Source: an uncultured Planctomycetota bacterium (lineage in GTDB: Bacteria > Planctomycetota > Planctomycetia > Isosphaerales > Isosphaeraceae). Taken from it: a stretch of DNA of 64,000 nt. The notes below the pieces were generated by a model. The model saw only the letters and a program-made list of their open reading frames with translations, ran no database searches and was not told where the DNA came from. Position 1 is the stretch's first letter. Each line of letters begins with the position of its first letter. The position numbers and the translations under genes are program-made. Below are positions 52,324-60,621 of the stretch, one piece after another. The DNA lies in NCBI GenBank assembly GCA_963737655.1, contig CAVTTN010000002.1, positions 2,528,001 through 2,592,000 of the forward strand. Reading direction: 5' to 3'.

Positions 52324-54557
52324 AGGATTTCCATCCCGAAACCGCGCAGGGCTTCTCGGAGCGGCTCGATCTGGCCATCGGGGACGACCACGGCGGTCGG
52401 TCCCAGGCGGTCTCCCAGCTTGTCCCTGGTGGCCGGGTGCTGGAGGAGGCCGTCGAGCAGGTCGGCCGCGGGGAGGTTCAGGACGATCGGCCGGGTCACC
52501 GTCAAGGGAGACGACCCCGGCCCGACCGCGTGCCACAGCAGCCGGACCGCCGGTGGGACCTCGCCGCCGACCCTCTGCGCGAACCATTTGGTCAGGCTCG
52601 CCGCCGAGACTCCATCCTCGGCCGCCCGGCGGAGCGATCGCGTGGTGATCCGGAACCGCCTCCGACCGGCCGGGCTCGGCGAGTCGCGATCGTCGCCCAG
52701 CTCGTCGGCGATCCTGGCGATTTCGGCGTCGATGAACAGGTCGGAGCGGCCGAGGTCCAGCGACAGGGTCACGCCGTCGGGATCGACCTCCACGCACGCC
52801 TCGGGCGGTCGGCGATAGTCGCGGGACCCCGCCAGGCGGAACCTCGCGAACGGGATCGTCGATTCGTCCTCGACCAGCAGGAGCCGATCGGACAGGGGGA
52901 CCGGCCGGCTTCCTTCGGGCCAGAGCGCGAGCGCCTCGGCCATCACTTCGGGCGAGGCGAACTCGACCAGGGTGGCCGCCCCGTGATAGGTGATCCGGTC
53001 CCGCCGGTTCGACCAGGTCTTCACCGCCTCGGCCACGCCCGCCGGCAACGGCCGGGCCGAGTGCTTCGCCAGGCGGTCGAGCATCGCGTCGGGGGACATC
53101 CCGCCTTCGAGCCCTCGATAGACCGACTCGGGCGTGAGCTTCATCTCCAGGGCCGCCCCGGCCTGCGACCACCTCATGAACCGGCTCAACTGGCCGATCA
53201 GCCCCGGATTGAGGCCCTGGCGATAGGCGATGACCTCGAAGTTCGGCTGGACGAACAGGAAGTGCGGGAACGTCGTCCGGGGCGGCGGCGGCGGGCCGAG
53301 CGCGAGCGAATAGCGGCCGAGCTCGGTCAACTGCACGACCCTCCGGCCGCTCGGGTCTTCCTCGGCGGCCCGGACCAGGCCGATCTGATACGCCGGTCCG
53401 AGCAAGATCGCTTCGAGGAGGTCCATCCCGCCCAGGGGGCCGGGCGAATCGGCCTCGCCGCCCCGCTTGCGAGCGAAATGGCCTCGGCCCGACGGCTCCG
53501 CCCCACCCAGGATCGGCGCCGACCATCCGGGGAACGTCTCGTCGAGCAAGGCGGCAAGATCGTCGAGCGCCACCCACTCGCCGGCCGGTTTCCTCGCGAG
53601 CCAGAGGAACACGGCGGGCCGGAGGAACGGCCCGGCGAGGCCCACCGGCGAATCCTCGCTCCTGGATCCGCCCTGCTCGCTCCACGACCTCATCCCGAGC
53701 CATCGCGCGGCGGCCATTTGCGGCAGATGCACCGCGTTCTCGGACCAGAAATCGGCCGGGGCGGCGGAGGTCCGATCGGATTGCGAGTCGTCGATCACCA
53801 GGCCCACGCCCCGGGCCAGGGAGAGCCACAGGCCGGCCATGTCGGGCAGCGGTTCGAGGGCGTCGGCGATCGGCCCGACGAGGACCGGGTCATCCTCGAT
53901 CCGCTCGCGGTCTCGTTTGTAGAGCGAGCCGGTTTGCGTCCTCCGCAACGGCGCCTCGTCGACGATCTGCCAGAGGGCGGCGAGGCGGAGGATGAATTCC
54001 AGGCCGTCGGTCTCGCGGACCTGGCGGGTCGGGCCGCTCGCAGGCGGCCCCTCGGCCTCGGGCAAGACCGTCCGGCCCACGCTGAGGATCGCCGGGGGGG
54101 CGACGAGGTCGCAGCCCGGAGGGTCGAGCAGGCGTTCCGGGTCGCTCGGCGGGGGGCCGTCCCCCAAACGTCGGGGCACGAGCAATCCCAGGGGCAGCAA
54201 TTCGCTCGCGACCGGGACGAACGGCTCGCCCAGCGAGGCCAGGGCGAAGGCGAGTCCCGAGGCGGGCCAGATCGAGTTCTCGGTCAAGGCCATCAGGCCC
54301 AGGGCGATCCGAGACCCGCGTCCCAGACGCTCCCAGAGCCCTTCGACGAACCGCGTCTCGCCCAGCCGATCGACGATCGCCGGCGCCAGCTCCGTGGGCT
54401 TCAGGGAGCGATCGTACGGGCCGAGCGTCCGCAGGACGTCGGTCCGATAGGCGGCCGGCTGGCGGGAGAGCGCCTCGCGGTACGCCTCGCTCGGGGCCTC
54501 CTGGCGAGGGGGCATCCCCTCGACGTCGATCGTGGTCATGGTCTCGGGGTCGGTCAT
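52320..54557 (-). CDS. XPB partner with helicase-associated (Helicase_C_3 / p52-Tfb2-like) domains
   Basis: VQPNFEVIAY...LTPESVYRGLEGGMS...LPAGVAEAVKTW..RRDR, plus a second degenerate copy (RFRITTRSLRRAAEDGVS); no Walker motifs seen. Confidence 0.82.
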   Translation of the reverse strand: MTDPETMTTIDVEGMPPRQEAPSEAYREALSRQPAAYRTDVLRTLGPYDRSLKPTELAPAIVDRLGETRFVEGLWERLGRGSRIALGLMALTENSIWPASGLAFALASLGEPFVPVASELLPLGLLVPRRLGDGPPPSDPERLLDPPGCDLVAPPAILSVGRTVLPEAEGPPASGPTRQVRETDGLEFILRLAALWQIVDEAPLRRTQTGSLYKRDRERIEDDPVLVGPIADALEPLPDMAGLWLSLARGVGLVIDDSQSDRTSAAPADFWSENAVHLPQMAAARWLGMRSWSEQGGSRSEDSPVGLAGPFLRPAVFLWLARKPAGEWVALDDLAALLDETFPGWSAPILGGAEPSGRGHFARKRGGEADSPGPLGGMDLLEAILLGPAYQIGLVRAAEEDPSGRRVVQLTELGRYSLALGPPPPPRTTFPHFLFVQPNFEVIAYRQGLNPGLIGQLSRFMRWSQAGAALEMKLTPESVYRGLEGGMSPDAMLDRLAKHSARPLPAGVAEAVKTWSNRRDRITYHGAATLVEFASPEVMAEALALWPEGSRPVPLSDRLLLVEDESTIPFARFRLAGSRDYRRPPEACVEVDPDGVTLSLDLGRSDLFIDAEIARIADELGDDRDSPSPAGRRRFRITTRSLRRAAEDGVSAASLTKWFAQRVGGEVPPAVRLLWHAVGPGSSPLTVTRPIVLNLPAADLLDGLLQHPATRDKLGDRLGPTAVVVPDGQIEPLREALRGFGMEIL

Positions 54558-54778
54558 CGGACGATCCGGGGGGTATGGCCCATCCGCCTCAGCTCATCGA
54601 GCACGGCATCTTCCTCCTCGGGCCGGACGAGCAACACCGTCTCCGACAACCGCCCGGCAATCAACCTCGCCAGGGTCTTCCTCGCGAGTAATTCCTCGGC
54701 CAAGATCGGCTCGGAGGTGCGGATCAGGCTGACCTGGCGATGAAGCTTCACGGGAATCCGGGCAAGCGGTCCAGCCAT
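54554..54778 (-). CDS. 74-aa stand-alone p8/Tfb5-like module protein
   Basis: ATGA overlap with the downstream gene; resembles the C-terminal module of the 745-aa protein and the segment after the XPB N-terminal domain. Confidence 0.75.
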   Translation of the reverse strand: MAGPLARIPVKLHRQVSLIRTSEPILAEELLARKTLARLIAGRLSETVLLVRPEEEDAVLDELRRMGHTPRIVR

Positions 54779-54790
54779 CGACAGTTCCCC

Positions 54791-54811
54791 GTAGGGTGCA
54801 TGAAATGCACC
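54791..54811. repeat. Single GTAG REP
   Basis: gtagggtgcatgaaatgcacc, identical to the copies at 41766 and 52183. Confidence 0.85.
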
Positions 54812-54812
54812 A

Positions 54813-55337
54813 TCATGTAGGGCGGGTGGAACCCGCCGAAGCTTCCGAATCCCGGTCCGAAGACCCGAGTGCTCGCTCCCGTCGCGAGGTCCACAGCCCC
54901 AGCAAGCCACCCATGACCCCAGCAGGCAACGTGCTAGACATGAGGAACAAGGACCTGATGCGCTCGTTTCTGTTCCAAAAAGTGTACAGCTCGGGCGGCG
55001 TTAGTCCGCTTTTTTTCGCCTCATCCTGTAGCCGGTCCATGACATCTTCGGAGATTGCAATACTCGGGAGGAGGACATTCGGTCGATCAGTCATGTTCTC
55101 CACAATGCACATATGGTATGCCCAGCCGAACGCTGCAAATCCGAACCAGAACGCCCGGCGACTAGTCTTTCCAAATCGAGCCGCGAACGTTGCGAACAGG
55201 AGTATGACAATAACTCCCAACGCGGTTAACCGTCTCAGCGGTTCGCTTGTCGCAAGAGCCGGCCACATCATCACCGCTGTTACGGCGATGACGATCATCA
55301 GCCCGCCAATCGTGATGCGCCCTCGCCGCCCCGTCAC
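54813..55337 (-). CDS. Lower-GC membrane protein inserted in the XPB operon
   Basis: RITIGGLM...RRAFWFGF motifs shared with 5191-5811; GTGA overlap with the XPB stop (alternative start 55346); visibly more A/T-rich. Confidence 0.7.
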   Translation of the reverse strand: MTGRRGRITIGGLMIVIAVTAVMMWPALATSEPLRRLTALGVIVILLFATFAARFGKTSRRAFWFGFAAFGWAYHMCIVENMTDRPNVLLPSIAISEDVMDRLQDEAKKSGLTPPELYTFWNRNERIRSLFLMSSTLPAGVMGGLLGLWTSRRERALGSSDRDSEASAGSTRPT

Positions 55338-57061
55338 GACGCGCACGCCCCGGGCGAGCCTGCCGGCGCCTCGGCTGCCGACACGTCCGCCTCGTCCACG
55401 ATCTCGTAGCTGTAGCCCTGCTCGGTGAGGAACAACTGGCGGTGGTGGGCGAAGTCCATCTCCCTCGTGTCGCGGGTCACGAGCGTGTAAAAATGCGCCG
55501 GCTCGGCGCCGTCCTTCGGCCTCAGGATTCGCCCGAGCCGCTGGGCCTCTTCCTGACGGCTGCCGAAGGTGCCCGAGACCTGAATCATGACGTTCGCGTC
55601 GGGCAGGTCGATGGCGAAATTGCCGACCTTCGACAGCACCAACCGGCGGATCTCGCCCCTGCGGAACTTCCCGTACAAATCCTCGCGCTCGGGGTTCGAG
55701 GTCTGGCCGGTGATCAGCGGAAGCTCGTAACGCTCGGCGATCCGTCGCAGTTGCTTCAAATACTGGCCGATGATCAACACGCGATCATCGGGGCCGTCGT
55801 GCCTGGCCAATAGCGTGTCGATCAGGTCTTCCTTGGCGGGGTTCTCGCTGGCCAGCCGGAACTTGTCGCGCCACTCGGCCACGGCGTATTCCATCCGGGC
55901 GTCGTGAGGCAACGCCAGGCGGACCTCCCGGCAGAGGGCCTGCGCGATCCAGCCTTTTTGTTCGAGGACCCGCCAGGGCACGTCGAACTTCTTCGGGCCG
56001 ATCAGGCTGAAGACGTCCTCCTCGCGGCCGTCCTCGCGGACGAGCGTCGCCGTGAGCCCGAGGCGCCGACGGGCCTGGATGTCGGCCGTGACCCGGAAGA
56101 CCGGCGCGGGCAACAGGTGGACCTCGTCGTAGACGATCAGGCCCCAATCGCGCTCGTTGAACAGCTTGAAATGGGGGAAGTCGCCGTCCTTCTTGGGCCG
56201 GAAGGTGACGATTTGATAGGTGGCGATCGTGACCGGGGCGATCTCCTTCGAGTCGCCGGTGTACGTGGCCACCTGGTCGTCGCTCAGGTCGGTCTTGTCC
56301 AGGACCTCGCGCTTCCACTGCTCCACGGCGGTGGTGCTGGTGGTCAGGATCAGGGTATGGCGCTTCAGGGCGGCCATCGCGGCGATGCCGACGATCGTCT
56401 TGCCGGCCCCGCAGGGCAGGACGATCACGCCCGAGCCTCCGCGGACGTCCCCCCCGGCGTGGAACGCATCGACCGACATCTTCTGATAGTCGCGGACCCG
56501 GAACGGATGGCCCGATCGAGCGATCTCGACCAGGTCGAGCTGGAGGGGGGAGCCGTCGGTGTAGCCGGCGAGGTCCTCGGCCGGGTAGCCGACGGCGATC
56601 AGGGCTTGCTTGACGAGTCCCCGGTCGCCGTCGTCGATCCGATAGCTCGTGTCGTCGATCCGGTCGTACAGGTAGTTCTTGAGGGCCTTCTGGCGGGCGA
56701 GCTCCTCGATCAGGGGGCGGTCCTTCGTCATCAGGACGAGGTTTTCCCCCTGGCGGACGAGGCGGACCCGGCCGTACCGGCCGACGAGCTCGCGGAGATC
56801 GACGGGCAGATTCGGGGGCAGGGGGAACTTGCTGAAGGTCTCCAGGACCTGGACCATCGCCTCGGCGGTCATCCCGGCGGCGGCGGCGTTCCAGAGCGAG
56901 AGCGGCGTGAGCCGATAGGTATGGATATGCTCGGGGCTTTTTTCCAGCTCGGCGAACGGGGCGAGGGCGTCGCGGGCCTCGGGATAGAGCGGATTCTCGA
57001 CCTCCAGCAGCACCGTGCGGTCCCCCTGCACGATGAGCGGGTTGGCGGGGTTGTACTGCAT
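55334..57061 (-). CDS. xpb: XPB/Ssl2/ERCC3-like SF2 DNA helicase
   Basis: N-terminal PLIVQGDRTVLLE..ELEKSPEHIHTYRLTPLSLWNA, LPCGAGKT, DEVH, GLTATLVREDG (RED motif), QRLGRILR; AAGGAG RBS. Confidence 0.95.
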   Translation of the reverse strand: MQYNPANPLIVQGDRTVLLEVENPLYPEARDALAPFAELEKSPEHIHTYRLTPLSLWNAAAAGMTAEAMVQVLETFSKFPLPPNLPVDLRELVGRYGRVRLVRQGENLVLMTKDRPLIEELARQKALKNYLYDRIDDTSYRIDDGDRGLVKQALIAVGYPAEDLAGYTDGSPLQLDLVEIARSGHPFRVRDYQKMSVDAFHAGGDVRGGSGVIVLPCGAGKTIVGIAAMAALKRHTLILTTSTTAVEQWKREVLDKTDLSDDQVATYTGDSKEIAPVTIATYQIVTFRPKKDGDFPHFKLFNERDWGLIVYDEVHLLPAPVFRVTADIQARRRLGLTATLVREDGREEDVFSLIGPKKFDVPWRVLEQKGWIAQALCREVRLALPHDARMEYAVAEWRDKFRLASENPAKEDLIDTLLARHDGPDDRVLIIGQYLKQLRRIAERYELPLITGQTSNPEREDLYGKFRRGEIRRLVLSKVGNFAIDLPDANVMIQVSGTFGSRQEEAQRLGRILRPKDGAEPAHFYTLVTRDTREMDFAHHRQLFLTEQGYSYEIVDEADVSAAEAPAGSPGACAS

Positions 57062-57465
57062 GGGCTCCTTGCCGAGGAGACGCTGGAGAGTCGCGACCCC
57101 CGCCCGATCGGGGATCAACCCGACCATCGTAGACCGGACGGCCGACCGACCGCAAGGCGGAATGCCGGGCCGACAGGGCCGTTTCCTCCTCCCGGGGATT
57201 TCGGCCGGAAGCATTTTGTCTGGCACGGGTTCCGTCTTCGGGACCCGTGAGGGCCAGCCCACGACTCCTTGGGACGGAAACCGTGCCAACCAAAGCCCTT
57301 CGGAAGAATCTTCCACCCGGAAGGAAACGGCCCTGCCGGGGCCGAGGCGGGCTCGTCCGGGCCGTCCGGCGAATTCGAGGGGCGCGGCGTCTTCCCTTCC
57401 TCGCCGGGCTCGTGCATACTTGGGGTTGGGGAGAGGGAGGCCGTCGTCCCGAGGGAGGCCCGCCG

Positions 57466-57780
57466 ATGGTTCGTGCCAGAACGATGCTCGTCGTGGTCGG
57501 GCTGGTTGCCGGGGTCTCGGCCTCGACTCGGGCCCAGGGCGTCGTCCCCGGAGGATGGTCGCCCCGGGTCGGATATCAGAGCCTGGGCCCCGTGACGCCG
57601 GCTCCGGGATTCGGCGGCGGTGGGTCGATGGGTTACGGTTCGGTGCCCTTCGGCGTGCCCGTGAGTCCAGCTCCGTACTACGCCCCGGGTTTCTACGGCC
57701 CGGCGCCTCAGACGGCCAACATGCTGGGGCCGCTCTCGACCACGATCCGCCGGACCACCGGGTCTCGGCGAGGCCGGTGA
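57466..57780 (+). CDS. Small secreted Gly/Pro/Tyr-rich protein
   Basis: Signal peptide ending TRA-Q; stop overlaps the next start (GTGA). Confidence 0.6.
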   Translation: MVRARTMLVVVGLVAGVSASTRAQGVVPGGWSPRVGYQSLGPVTPAPGFGGGGSMGYGSVPFGVPVSPAPYYAPGFYGPAPQTANMLGPLSTTIRRTTGSRRGR

Positions 57781-58712
57781 GATCGCGGTGGCTGGACCCC
57801 GCGAGGCCCCGGCCCCTGGTCGTGGCCCATCGGGGGGATTCGGCCCACGCCCCGGAGAACACCCTCGAAGCCGGCCTCCTCGGCCATCGGGCCGGCGCCG
57901 ATGCCTGGGAACTCGACGTTCAACTGACCCGAGACGGCGTCCCCGTGGTGATCCACGACGCGGGACTGGCCCGGACCACGGATGCCGCCCTCCGATTCGC
58001 CAGCGACCCCCGGGCCTCGTCCGGCCTGCTCGTGGCCGACTTCGACCTGGCCGAGGTCCGCGCGCTCGATGCCGGCTCCTGGTTCACTCGCGAAGCCGGG
58101 GGCCCTCGGTCGGCCCGTGCCTTCGGGACGCTCGAGCGGCTGCCCCCATCCTCTCGCGAGCGGTTCGGCTCGGGATCGGTCCAGGTTCCGACCCTGGCCG
58201 AGGCTTTGGAGCTAACCCGGGAGCTGGGCTGGCTCGTCAACGTCGAGCTCAAGGGCTTCCCCGAGGCGGACCCCCGGCTCGTCCGGGCCGCCCTGGAACT
58301 GGTCGCGGCCTCCGGGGTCGCCGACCGCGTCCTGATCTCCTCGTTCGATCATTCTCAGGTGTTCGAGGCGGCCCGGAGCGGGCTCGGGATCGCCTGCGGG
58401 GTCCTGACGACGGCGCCCCTGTGTCGGCCCGGGGATTACGTCCGTGACATCGTCGGGGCCGACTTCTACCACCCGTCGGCCGAGGCGGTCGGAGCGTCGT
58501 CGGCGGATTACCTGCAGGACCCCCGGGCCCGGCATCTGAGGCGGGCGGACGTCGCCGACGTGCCCTCCCTGGTCTATACCGTCAACGACGACCGCCTGGC
58601 CGTCCATCTCGCCGAGGCCGGGGCCGCGGGCCTCTTCACGGACCGGCCCTCGACGATCCTCCGCAGGTTCGGCCGACCGGGCCGTTCCTCCGATCCGATC
58701 CCGAGGGCCTGA
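57777..58712 (+). CDS. Glycerophosphodiester phosphodiesterase
   Basis: AHRG..PENT, ELDVQLTRDG.PVVIHD, NVELK, ISSF, YTVN, TDRP. Confidence 0.93.
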   Translation: MRSRWLDPARPRPLVVAHRGDSAHAPENTLEAGLLGHRAGADAWELDVQLTRDGVPVVIHDAGLARTTDAALRFASDPRASSGLLVADFDLAEVRALDAGSWFTREAGGPRSARAFGTLERLPPSSRERFGSGSVQVPTLAEALELTRELGWLVNVELKGFPEADPRLVRAALELVAASGVADRVLISSFDHSQVFEAARSGLGIACGVLTTAPLCRPGDYVRDIVGADFYHPSAEAVGASSADYLQDPRARHLRRADVADVPSLVYTVNDDRLAVHLAEAGAAGLFTDRPSTILRRFGRPGRSSDPIPRA

Positions 58713-58720
58713 TCGGGTCG

Positions 58721-58948
58721 TCAGGAGACCCTCAGGGCGCACCAGATCCCGCACGGGAAATACTGGGCGTCGGTCGGCCTCTCCTCAAGCCGCTCCCACT
58801 CCGCGATCGTCCAGACCACGATCCGGGCGGGGAAGCCATTAATCTTCCAGTAAGCGACGTTCCGCTCCGGCCCCGAAGGGTCGAACGCCGAGAGCTCCGA
58901 CGTCGATTGCGACCCAGATCGAGGCCGAAAGCCGCCGTTGAGAATCAT
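58721..58948 (-). CDS. Small hypothetical protein divergent from the XRE regulator
   Basis: GGAGG RBS before ATG 58948; 75 aa with WKINGFPARIVVWT..EW...CGIWCAL. Confidence 0.65.
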   Translation of the reverse strand: MILNGGFRPRSGSQSTSELSAFDPSGPERNVAYWKINGFPARIVVWTIAEWERLEERPTDAQYFPCGIWCALRVS

Positions 58949-59249
58949 CGTCGGACCCTCCCGCGAAAGACCCACCCGCCGCCCAACCGTACCGAGACGG
59001 CCGATCCGCCCCGAGGGGCCAGTCCCCACTTCGGGTGACCTCACCATTCCTGAAGCGATGCAAACGTCGCGATCACGAACCGTTCGTTTCATTTCTTGCA
59101 AACAGAACGTCAAGAATCGCAACAAACTTGCAAGGACTGGATCGTACCCTCCCCTTTTATGACTTACAATCCCCCCTTCCTGGTTTTTATAAAACGAAAT
59201 CGCGAGACACCCTTGAGATTGCTATCCCTGTGTGGATATCTTGGGGGCT

Positions 59250-59621
59250 ATGGGATACGCGGAGAAACTGCAAAGACTTTGTGCGTTGAAAGGGATAGAT
59301 CAGGCGGCCCTGGCCGAGCGGCTCGGGTTGTCGAAGTCGTCGATCTCGCGGATCCTCGGCGGGGTGCAGGAGCCGAAGGTTCGCCTGGCGTACGAACTGG
59401 CCCGGGCGCTTGGGGTTACGCTGGATTACCTGATGGACGACGCGGCGCACGAGCCGCCGGGGACGCACTGGGCCCCGGTGTCGATCGACGAGGCGGCGAT
59501 CCTGGCGATCGTCCGGCGATTGGGGTACGAGGCGGCGATGGACCGGCTGCTGGCGGTCCCCTCGGAGGCCCACCGGCGCAACGGGCTTCTCGGGGACTCC
59601 TCGGGGCCGAGCCGCGAGTGA
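59250..59621 (+). CDS. XRE-family HTH transcriptional regulator
   Basis: KGIDQAALAERLGLSKSSISRI..G..EP...LARALGVTLDYL. Confidence 0.9.
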   Translation: MGYAEKLQRLCALKGIDQAALAERLGLSKSSISRILGGVQEPKVRLAYELARALGVTLDYLMDDAAHEPPGTHWAPVSIDEAAILAIVRRLGYEAAMDRLLAVPSEAHRRNGLLGDSSGPSRE

Positions 59622-59682
59622 TCGCGGCCGATGGGCCACCGGGCGGTTGCGGAGGCGGGGCCGTCGCGATAGGGTCGGACTC

Positions 59683-60621
59683 ATGAAGAAATCCCCCCTG
59701 GGCGCCGACGACCCTCGGATCATCGTCACGGCCGGGCTGACGAAGCTCTACGGCCCCGTCACGGCCCTGAAGGACCTGACGATGGACGTCCGCCGGGGGG
59801 AAGTCTTCGGCCTCCTCGGCCCCAACGGCTCGGGCAAGACGACGACGATCCGCCTGCTCCTGGGGCTGATCCGCCCGACCTCCGGGCATGCCCACGTCGC
59901 GGGCCTGGAATCCTGGACCAGCAGCGTCGAGGTCCGCCGATTCGTGTCGTACCTCCCGGGCGAGCTCCGGCTCTTCGGCCACATGACCGGCCGGGGGATG
60001 CTGAAGTTCCTCAGCTCGCTGAGGGACGGCGTCGGCTTCGACCGGGCCGAGGCGATCGCCGAGACGATCATGAACCTGGACCTCGGCCGGAAGGTCCGCA
60101 ACTACTCGACCGGGATGAAGCAGAAGCTGGCGCTGGCCCAGGCGTTCGCCGACCCGGTGGACGTCCTGATCCTCGACGAGCCGACCTCGGCCCTGGACCC
60201 CTCGGCCCGCCAGGACATCCTCGGGCTGATCGTCGAGGCGAAGAAGTCGGGGCAGACGGTGGTGTTCTCCGGGCACGTCCTGCCGGAGGTCGAGCAGGTC
60301 GCCGACCGGGTGGCGATCATGCGCAAGGGCCGGCTGATGCACGTCGAGGACATGCACGCCCGGAGGACCAGCGTCCGCCTCCTGCTCGTGAAGTTCGCCG
60401 GAGAAGTGCCCGAGGCGTTCCCCGAGGAGCTGGAGCTCACCCTCCGGGAGAAGAACGGCGAGACCCTCCTCCTGGAGCACCGAGGCGCCGCCCCTCCCCT
60501 GCTCTCCTGGCTGGCGGGCCGCGACGTGGCCGACCTGGCCATCGGCACCGAGGACCTCAAGACCCTCTACGACCAGTACCACGGCCCGACCGTGAAGGAC
60601 CAGGAGGGCCCCGCCCGATGA
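59683..60621 (+). CDS. ABC-2 type transporter ATP-binding protein
   Basis: GPNGSGKTT, YSTGMKQ, LILDEPT. Confidence 0.93.
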   Translation: MKKSPLGADDPRIIVTAGLTKLYGPVTALKDLTMDVRRGEVFGLLGPNGSGKTTTIRLLLGLIRPTSGHAHVAGLESWTSSVEVRRFVSYLPGELRLFGHMTGRGMLKFLSSLRDGVGFDRAEAIAETIMNLDLGRKVRNYSTGMKQKLALAQAFADPVDVLILDEPTSALDPSARQDILGLIVEAKKSGQTVVFSGHVLPEVEQVADRVAIMRKGRLMHVEDMHARRTSVRLLLVKFAGEVPEAFPEELELTLREKNGETLLLEHRGAAPPLLSWLAGRDVADLAIGTEDLKTLYDQYHGPTVKDQEGPAR

